64,000 bases of DNA from Pseudomonadota bacterium (lineage in GTDB: Bacteria > Bdellovibrionota > FAC87 > UBA2466), in contig RFNO01000117.1 of assembly GCA_009927165.1 (NCBI GenBank), positions 14,468 to 78,467 of the forward strand, given 5' to 3'. A program made the translations under genes and the position numbers. Positions 57,656 through 64,000 of this stretch are shown in pieces. The number at the start of each line of letters is the position of its first letter. The first letter of the stretch is position 1. A model generated the notes under the pieces. It worked only from the letters and a program-made list of their open reading frames with translations, made no database searches and was not told the origin of the DNA.

Positions 57656-59395
57656 ATGAAATCGAATAAGAATAATCGTAAGGCTCGGTTCGGACGTCTA
57701 GGGGTTGTTTCCTTGATGGCTCTCAGCCTTTCCTCACAAAGTCTTTTCGCAGCAGGTATCGATCTGTGGTACCTCAGCGGACCCAATAAAGACAAAAAAC
57801 TCGAAAGCATTTTAGATGCTGACAAGAAAGAAGCTGTTGAGTGGCTTACTAAACTTGAAGCAAGCAAGTTTGTTGAGAAGTTTTCAGCCAAACCGATTCA
57901 GTTTGTTGAAGCTTTACAAGAGGCTTTAAAGAAGAGCACTGAGAAAGAGTTTAAAGACAAGTTGAAAGATGCGTTTAAAGCTGTTGAAGCCAAGAATTTT
58001 GGTGGCGACAAACAAAAAGAAGCTTACTTCAACTTAATTGAAAGAGCTCTAGCAGCCAAAGCTGATGCCGAAGACTTCGAAGAAGTAGCTTTTGCTTCTG
58101 CTAAAGATAGAGAAGCTTTAAATATTACTGTCAACAAACCCGTTAAGACTTCTAAGACAGAAGTAGGGGAGCAAGACGATTCGGAATTCAAGGCTCTTTG
58201 CGACAGTCTGAAGAAGAAGCAAGAAGAGTTCGACCGTGTAGCTAAAGTAATGGAAGAGCTTAAGTTGCAGAATCAGAAAGATAAGCAAGAATCTAATCAG
58301 AAACTTGCTAACTTAGAAAATCTGTTGGCTGAAGCCAGCGCTCGTCAGAGCGAACAAGCTGAACAAGCCAGCCAGTTTGATCCTGCTGCCTTAGCACGCA
58401 ATAATCAGCAGAAAGATGCTTCAGATGTGCTCAATGGTCTCTTAAGCAATTTAGTGGCAGATCAGAACAAGAAGAACGCTGAAGAAGAAGTGGCTCCTGC
58501 ACAAAACAATAATCAGTTCCCCTTCTTCCCGCAAACTCCTCGATTTAACAATCAAGGAAATGCAGCTGCATTCAATCAGCCGATCCCACAGAACAACAAC
58601 ATGCTGCCTTACATGCAGATGTTTAACACCCCTGGTGTTCAAGTTCCTGTGACCTACGATTTAGGTGTCACCAGCGGTAAAGCTGAGTTAGGCGATGCTC
58701 AAGAGATTATCGGAGTGAATGAAATGCGTCAGTCAGTGGCTTCCTCCGTAAGCCCGATGGCAACGATTCAAGATCTAGTAGTTGCTAAATCTCGAGTAGC
58801 AGCTGATGTGAAGCGTACTCAAGTAGCTTTACAGAATGCTAAAGACAAGGCTGGTCAACTCGACGAAAAACTTGAAGAGCTTAAAGAAGGTGGTCGAGCA
58901 GCTCTGAGCTCATCCGTTAAACAACGATTGGCTCAACTAAAGCAAGCTGTTGATACCAAGCAGTCTTATCTCAATCAGCAAAGACAGATGATGCAGATGC
59001 TGTCTCCTGATCAGAGAGATCAGTTGAACAATCAGCTGATGATGGCTCAAATGGACTTGTCGAATGCTGAGCAACAGTACAATCAGTACAATGCTCAAGT
59101 AGAAGTAGCTATCGAGCAAGCAAATGGCCAAATCAAGGGCCTTGCTAAACAGCGAGATCAGTTGAATGCAGCTGCAAGCAAGTTGCAATCTCAGATGGCT
59201 AGCCTGAAAGAAGACGAAACTGCAGTGTCGCAGCTGATTAACAATCAGATGCAAGCTCAGATGCAAATGATGGGTGCTGGAGCAGGTACTCCTAACATCA
59301 ATCGCATCCAGAACAGAGGAACCTCTGGTCGTAGAGCTGGGTTAGGCAATGTAGTTAACCCACAAGGTTTCGTACGACCTTCATTAGCAAAATAA
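57656..59395 (+). CDS. Large secreted coiled-coil, Q/N-rich hypothetical protein (protein B)
   Basis: AAGGAG RBS before ATG 57656; basic and hydrophobic signal peptide; two coiled-coil regions flanking a Q/N/P-rich linker. Confidence 0.8.
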   Translation: MKSNKNNRKARFGRLGVVSLMALSLSSQSLFAAGIDLWYLSGPNKDKKLESILDADKKEAVEWLTKLEASKFVEKFSAKPIQFVEALQEALKKSTEKEFKDKLKDAFKAVEAKNFGGDKQKEAYFNLIERALAAKADAEDFEEVAFASAKDREALNITVNKPVKTSKTEVGEQDDSEFKALCDSLKKKQEEFDRVAKVMEELKLQNQKDKQESNQKLANLENLLAEASARQSEQAEQASQFDPAALARNNQQKDASDVLNGLLSNLVADQNKKNAEEEVAPAQNNNQFPFFPQTPRFNNQGNAAAFNQPIPQNNNMLPYMQMFNTPGVQVPVTYDLGVTSGKAELGDAQEIIGVNEMRQSVASSVSPMATIQDLVVAKSRVAADVKRTQVALQNAKDKAGQLDEKLEELKEGGRAALSSSVKQRLAQLKQAVDTKQSYLNQQRQMMQMLSPDQRDQLNNQLMMAQMDLSNAEQQYNQYNAQVEVAIEQANGQIKGLAKQRDQLNAAASKLQSQMASLKEDETAVSQLINNQMQAQMQMMGAGAGTPNINRIQNRGTSGRRAGLGNVVNPQGFVRPSLAK

Positions 59396-59404
59396 AAAGC
59401 TTGC

Positions 59405-59549
59405 TTCGCCCCTGATAGGAGAAGCATTGGGTCTAAGGATCTAAAACAAGAGAGTAGAAGTGGAGTGGGGCTCTGCCGAAGTGGAGTGGATGTAGAGTAG
59501 CGCGGAGTAGGGCCATAGATCCTGACTGACTCAACCTATAAAGGGCGAA
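59405..59549 (+). ncRNA. Putative structured 3'-UTR RNA with repeated GGAGURG motifs
   Basis: Four nested stems enclose purine-rich unpaired segments; GGAGTRG at 59462, 59483 and 59504. Confidence 0.5.
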
Positions 59550-59574
59550 ACGAACAACTCGCAAAGTAAGTGGC

Positions 59575-59618
59575 ATCGGCCTCGATAGCAAATGGCTATC
59601 GAGGCCGATTTGTCTTTT
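59575..59618 (+). terminator. Intrinsic terminator with a perfect 15-bp stem
   Basis: ATCGGCCTCGATAGC-AAATG-GCTATCGAGGCCGAT followed by TTGTCTTTT. Confidence 0.8.
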
Positions 59619-59733
59619 AATCTTATAATATCGATACCTTATTAAGTCGTCTTATTTGCAGCAAATTGACTCTTCGCAGCAAAAAGAGCATAATAAAAGG
59701 GTACGGGTGCCCTCAGTTCCATGGAGGTGGATA

Positions 59734-60075
59734 ATGAGGAAGGGTGGCCAAAATCGTACAGGTTATTTAGGCCCGGTAACACGGGAAGCGCCCGATATTT
59801 TTTTTCGACTCTGTCATCACTGTCTCTATCTAAACGAAGCCGACCAGGAAATTTCTCGATGTGCAAAATGCGAAGCTGAATTCCTTCCCGCAGAGGCAAA
59901 CTCAAGTCACGGTTTTCAGGATCTGGATGAGGACTTGGAAGAGCTGGCAGGGGACCCCAATATCGTTACGCTAAAAGATGCGGATGATTCAGACGATGAG
60001 GAAATGCATGATTTCGAAGAAGGAAATCCTCCTCACAAGCGCCCCAAACTTGCTGGTCTCAATGTAAAATGGTGA
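59734..60075 (+). CDS. Small putative zinc-ribbon protein with an acidic tail
   Basis: GGAGGTGG RBS before ATG 59734; CHHC-x12-CAKC. Confidence 0.65.
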   Translation: MRKGGQNRTGYLGPVTREAPDIFFRLCHHCLYLNEADQEISRCAKCEAEFLPAEANSSHGFQDLDEDLEELAGDPNIVTLKDADDSDDEEMHDFEEGNPPHKRPKLAGLNVKW

Positions 60076-60078
60076 AGG

Positions 60079-61536
60079 CTAGCCCTTAATAACCAAAATA
60101 GGCTTAAGACGGGCTACGGAATGGGCAATCCCGGCGCGAGCTGTAGATTGCACTACTGCTGAAACATCCTTATAAGCTTCCGACATTTCCGCTACCAGTG
60201 TGTTTTTCCCAGAGCTTTTTACAAAAATCCCGTGCTCTGCCAGTTGTTTTTCAACTGCTCGATCAGTACTTTTTTTCTTTGCTTGATGACGAGATAAAAC
60301 ACGGCCTGCTCCATGGCAGGCACTTCCAAACGATAGTTTCAATGAACCTTTGTTTCCACACAGAACATAACTACATCGTCCCATATCTCCGGGAATAATT
60401 ACAGGTTGCCCCCAGGGCCGGAGATATTCTGGTAGCTCGGTGTGATGAGGGGGATAAGCACGAGTTGCCCCTTTACGATGAATGCAAAACTTTTTCATCG
60501 AGCCTTTCCATGTCATTTGTTCAATTTGAGCAATGTTGTGGCAAACGTCGTAGAGGAGAGTCAGCTCAGACTGTGGAAAATACTTTTTGAAAACTTCACG
60601 CGTCCAATGGGTAATACATTGTCTATTAGCGAAAGCAAAATTGGCGGCTGCCCGCATAGCTCCCAAGTATCGAATTCCCTCCGCTGAACCGATTGGAGCA
60701 GAGGCTAGTTCAGGATCTGAAAGCTGAATTCCATACTTTTCAGAGGCGCTGAGACAATCCTCAAGAGCATCTTGGCAGACTTGATATCCGAGACCTCGAG
60801 AGCCTGTATGAATCATTACGACGATTTGACCCTTAGAAAGCCCAAACGCTACTCCAGTTTTCTTGTCGAAAATTTGATCAACAAACTGAACCTCTAAAAA
60901 ATGGTTTCCGGAACCCAAGTTTCCCAACTGGAAGTGCCCCCTTTCTAGTGCGCGAGGAGAAAGGAAATCTGGTCGAGCTTCAGTAAAAGCACCCGATTTT
61001 TCTATACTTTGAAGATCACCTGTTGTGCCCATTCCCATTCGCACTAATTCTTGCGCACCGTTGACGAGAATATTCTCAAATTGAAAAGGTGTGGGTTTTA
61101 AATCCTTTCGCTGCGAGCCCACGCCAGTGGGAATCGCATCAAAGAGATCCCCTAACAGTTGTTTTATCAATTTGTTGTCATTCAAGTTATTGTGTTCAAG
61201 ATTGGTAGTGAGCAGACGAACGCCACAGTTGATGTCGTATCCAACTCCTCCCGGTGAAATGACCCCTGTATCAAGATCAAATGCTGCTACTCCACCAATG
61301 GGAAATCCATATCCTTGGTGAATATCAGGCATGGTAAGAACGGGATCAATCACTCCGGGTAGGGAAGCCACATGAATAGCCTGTTCAAAACTTTTGTCAT
61401 CTGAAATAGCTTTAAGAATGTCAGCTGAGCCTACAAAATGAATCCCCGCAAGCATTTCACCAGTTTTTTCAAAGCGCCATATGTCAGGTGTAATTTCTTT
61501 GAGAACAAAATCTTTAATGGTTAGGGTGCTTGACAC
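60079..61536 (-). CDS. rtcB: RtcB RNA ligase
   Basis: PDIHQGYGFPIGG, VGYDINCG, GSGNHFLE, HTGSRG, HRKGAT, HGAGR. Confidence 0.95.
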   Translation of the reverse strand: MSSTLTIKDFVLKEITPDIWRFEKTGEMLAGIHFVGSADILKAISDDKSFEQAIHVASLPGVIDPVLTMPDIHQGYGFPIGGVAAFDLDTGVISPGGVGYDINCGVRLLTTNLEHNNLNDNKLIKQLLGDLFDAIPTGVGSQRKDLKPTPFQFENILVNGAQELVRMGMGTTGDLQSIEKSGAFTEARPDFLSPRALERGHFQLGNLGSGNHFLEVQFVDQIFDKKTGVAFGLSKGQIVVMIHTGSRGLGYQVCQDALEDCLSASEKYGIQLSDPELASAPIGSAEGIRYLGAMRAAANFAFANRQCITHWTREVFKKYFPQSELTLLYDVCHNIAQIEQMTWKGSMKKFCIHRKGATRAYPPHHTELPEYLRPWGQPVIIPGDMGRCSYVLCGNKGSLKLSFGSACHGAGRVLSRHQAKKKSTDRAVEKQLAEHGIFVKSSGKNTLVAEMSEAYKDVSAVVQSTARAGIAHSVARLKPILVIKG

Positions 61537-61544
61537 AAATTTGT

Positions 61545-61982
61545 TTATACATCCAGAAACACTTTGGCGTAAAAATTATTTTCTCCTTTTGGTAGAGTAC
61601 CCATTTCTAATTGGTGATGAGTCACAGCTTTTACTTCAGAGACATGGCCGTGTCTTATGGGATCATAAGTCTCTCCGATCAACGTAGCTTTTATTGATTT
61701 TCCATCAAAACGAGTAAAGACAATTCGTTTCGGTAAGAACTTGTGACGTTCGAAAAGAAAAAGAACTTCATTAAGCCATTTGATCAAGAGACTTTCCTTT
61801 GAATCAGCCTCAACCAAAACATCATGTTTATCAATACTGTTGATTCGCTCCAATTTTACGGAAAGATCAGTTAAGGCCAAAGCAGAATCAATATAAAGAC
61901 GCTCCAGTGAGGGGGCTTGCAAATGAAATCCCATATCAGCTTTATGGTCCAGCGATTGATAAGAAATGATTCTTTCGGGCAT
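61545..61982 (-). CDS. Archease
   Basis: DHKAD, WLNEVLF and VKAVTHH...FLDV; directly upstream of rtcB. Confidence 0.9.
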   Translation of the reverse strand: MPERIISYQSLDHKADMGFHLQAPSLERLYIDSALALTDLSVKLERINSIDKHDVLVEADSKESLLIKWLNEVLFLFERHKFLPKRIVFTRFDGKSIKATLIGETYDPIRHGHVSEVKAVTHHQLEMGTLPKGENNFYAKVFLDV

Positions 61983-62047
61983 GAATGAAAGGTCTCCCAA
62001 AAAAAGTGTACGGAGCCTCGCTAAAAAAACAAGTGAATAATTGAGGC

Positions 62048-62085
62048 AAAATAAAACGGCCAGGAAACGATTGTTCCTGGCCGTT
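62048..62085 (-). terminator. Intrinsic terminator after the sigma54 activator gene
   Basis: AACGGCCAGGAA/TTCCTGGCCGTT stem; T-rich tail on the minus strand. Confidence 0.75.
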
Positions 62086-62110
62086 GAAGCTAGATTAAAA
62101 TAGCTCTTGA

Positions 62111-63685
62111 TTACAAGCTGCCGTCAGGCTTGCGAGCTATTTTGCGCTTATCGAGATTATATTTCTCTACTTTATTGATCAAACCAGCTCTGGAAATCCC
62201 GAGCTCTTTTGCTAAACGGGATTTGTTCCAGCCTGTCCTCTTAAGACCCTCTCGAATCATTTCTCTTTCGAGTTCTTCGAGAGCATCTCTCAGTTTCCCT
62301 TGAATCCGAACACCTTGAACCTTATTGCGTTCTCCAAAGTCTCGGATTCGGGCAGAGAGCATATCTACAGTGATTTTGCCTTCCGGTCCTGCCAGAACCG
62401 TGACGCGTTCCATTTCATTTTCAAGCTCTCGGATGTTACCGGGCCATGGGTAGTCGAAGATTTTTTCTAGGGCTCTTTTTGTGAGCACTTTCGCTTTGAT
62501 ATTTTTCTCTGCTGCACTTTTTGCAAGAAAGTGGTCACAAAGAATGGGAATATCTTCTTTTCGGTCTCTCAGCGGAGGCACGGTGATGTTGATCACGTTG
62601 ATCCGATAGTAAAGGTCTTCTCGGAAAGTCCCTTTTTCTACCATGTCTTTGAGGTCTTTGTTGGTAGCAGCAATGATCCGCACATCAACTTTTCGGGGTT
62701 CAGTAGCACCCACTGGAATAAAAGTGCCTTCCTGTAGAACTCTCAGCAACTTCACTTGCATGGTGGGTGAAGTGTCCCCAATTTCATCTAGGAAGAAAGT
62801 TCCGCCATCTGAAACTTCGAAAAGGCCCTTTTTGTCTTTGATGGCTCCCGTAAATGAACCTTTTACGTGTCCAAACAACTCTGAATCCAATAAGTTGTCA
62901 TTGAAAGCAGAGCAGTTTTGTGTAACAAAAACTTTTTCTTTTCTTAAGCTGTTATAGTGAATGGCTTTTGCAATTAGTTCTTTACCGGTTCCGTTCTCTC
63001 CTTGAATGAGGCAAGTACTTTCACTATTTTTAATTTTTTCTAACAGCCCATAGACATCTTGCATTGGTTTTGATTTTCCAATCATGTTGTCGTATTTGTA
63101 ACGGATCCCAAGCTCTTTATTGAGCTCTTGAATCCGGTCGTCTCTCATGCTGATTTCTTTATGGAGAGTACTAATTTCTTTTGACACCAAGTCAGAGAGT
63201 TCGTTGAAGTAAGGAAGCTGATCTTTTTCAATCATCCGCATTTTGTTAACCGCTAGATCAATGTCCTGACTAGGTAAGTTGAACTGAGCCAGAGCTTTAG
63301 AGAGCTCTTTTTTCTGGGCGTCGGTCACGCCCTCATGAAAATACCCTATGCACAGCACTCCCCCCATAAATTCATTATCAATAACAATCGGGAACGAGGA
63401 AGTGACCATGTTGGGTAGGAAGGTACGGATCAGGTCTTTTTCCTGTGTTTTTCTCAGTTCGGAAACCGTTTCTCTTGCAAATTCTGAAAGAGCTTCGAAA
63501 CCTTCATCTCGTTGGAGAAGAAGCGATATCACTTTGTTAGTGTATTCGTGTTTTTGCCCTTTTTCGATTAACTTTAGATTTCCTCGATCATCAGCGAAGA
63601 AAACATCAATTGAAAACCACTTACCGATTACTTCGCGAAGCTTACGAATGACATGTATATGCTCAAATTCATCCCAATTAATCAT
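62111..63685 (-). CDS. sigma54-dependent enhancer-binding protein (PocR-like sensor, AAA+, Fis HTH)
   Basis: GENGTGKE, ELFGHVKGSFTGA (GAFTGA-type loop), FFLDEIG, FREDLYYR, WPGNIREL; the N-terminal sensor is not a receiver domain. Confidence 0.9.
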   Translation of the reverse strand: MINWDEFEHIHVIRKLREVIGKWFSIDVFFADDRGNLKLIEKGQKHEYTNKVISLLLQRDEGFEALSEFARETVSELRKTQEKDLIRTFLPNMVTSSFPIVIDNEFMGGVLCIGYFHEGVTDAQKKELSKALAQFNLPSQDIDLAVNKMRMIEKDQLPYFNELSDLVSKEISTLHKEISMRDDRIQELNKELGIRYKYDNMIGKSKPMQDVYGLLEKIKNSESTCLIQGENGTGKELIAKAIHYNSLRKEKVFVTQNCSAFNDNLLDSELFGHVKGSFTGAIKDKKGLFEVSDGGTFFLDEIGDTSPTMQVKLLRVLQEGTFIPVGATEPRKVDVRIIAATNKDLKDMVEKGTFREDLYYRINVINITVPPLRDRKEDIPILCDHFLAKSAAEKNIKAKVLTKRALEKIFDYPWPGNIRELENEMERVTVLAGPEGKITVDMLSARIRDFGERNKVQGVRIQGKLRDALEELEREMIREGLKRTGWNKSRLAKELGISRAGLINKVEKYNLDKRKIARKPDGSL

Positions 63686-63813
63686 AAAGATCCTCCCAAT
63701 CAAAAATTCATTATCTGCCCGGCAGCATTCTTGCTGGTTTGATCCTGTACTTCGTGTACTGTTTCTTGCGATGAGGGGCTAACTGTTCACTCTTTTAACG
63801 TCCAACTATTAAC

Positions 63814-63842
63814 AGTGTACAGAGATTAACACGCGGTGTCAA
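63814..63842 (-). promoter_or_regulatory. sigma70 promoter of the enhancer-binding protein gene
   Basis: Minus strand TTGACA-N17-TACACT. Confidence 0.7.
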
Positions 63843-63848
63843 TGAGAG

Positions 63849-63857
63849 TGTGGATAA
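63849..63857 (-). promoter_or_regulatory. Consensus DnaA box
   Basis: TTATCCACA on the minus strand, 6 nt upstream of the -35 element. Confidence 0.55.
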
Positions 63858-63891
63858 AAGCTGGTCAACAATTGTGCAGAAATTTTCACAA

Positions 63892-64000
63892 TTATTTTTC
63901 GTACAAAATTTCAGAGAGATGCAACGCTGTATGTGGCAATTTCTTTTGCGCCAGTTCTTTAGGCGTGCCCATCGCCACTACACTTCCACCTGCGGGACCA
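63892..64000 (-). CDS. uvrA: 3' end of UvrA (partial)
   Basis: Reads GPAGGSVVAMGTPKELAQKKLPHTALHLSEILYEK*, resembling the UvrA C-terminal motif. Confidence 0.65.
   Translation of the reverse strand, partial: GPAGGSVVAMGTPKELAQKKLPHTALHLSEILYEK

Noticed and set aside
59450-59515. Mini-CRISPR array
   Set aside because: The repeats are 12 nt or shorter with a 21-nt period, there are no spacer-length unique segments, and no cas genes are present.
59433-59516. Minus-strand sORF MALLRATLHPLHFGRAPLHF... across the repeats
   Set aside because: Poor RBS, and the G-U pairs and terminator orientation favour a + strand RNA.
59540-59570. c-di-GMP-I riboswitch (GGCGAAAC...GCAAAG)
   Set aside because: It lacks the GNRA-capped P2 and the P3 receptor helix, and it lies in a 3' position.
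565-63782. Many short or antisense ORFs in the track (e.g. 1379-1981, 9166-9681, 30641-31015, 57499-57891, 63348-63782)
   Set aside because: They overlap well-supported genes in other frames and show no recognisable motifs, so they are shadow ORFs.

Overview
A gene-dense stretch of core bacterial chromosome in the standard genetic code. Gene content and order suggest a Bdellovibrionota/Oligoflexia-like (former Deltaproteobacteria) organism; this is an inference. Housekeeping blocks: moxR-DUF58-batD-like-batA-batB, class I lysS, lolC/E, pgpH-ybeY, M20-astA-ALDH-ruvX-mltG, rnc-era-der, mrp-DUF971-ygfZ-resB-ccsA, recO, ugd-uxs, a spt-bCerS-cerR-like ceramide cluster, yceD-rpmF-plsX-fabH-fabD-fabG, folE, archease-rtcB, a PocR-like sigma54 activator and the 3' end of uvrA. 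I saw no tRNA, rRNA, CRISPR array or mobile element. The most unusual signals are regulatory. (1) Three correctly spaced sigma54 -24/-12 promoters each precede an orphan secreted protein. (2) A ~350 nt, heavily structured, GGA-rich putative ncRNA (28351-28705) ends in tandem terminators and has an exposed CU-rich segment. (3) A ~145 nt hairpin behind one secreted-protein gene displays GGAGURG motifs at exact 21-nt spacing; these are complementary to that CU-rich segment and match the RBS of the other large secreted gene. Together they form a candidate sigma54/sRNA/sponge circuit, which is untested. Also notable are an AstD-like aldehyde dehydrogenase lacking all three catalytic residues and an orphan, degenerate E1-like/YcaO fusion. 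All calls come from reading the sequence and motifs by eye; no database searches were run.
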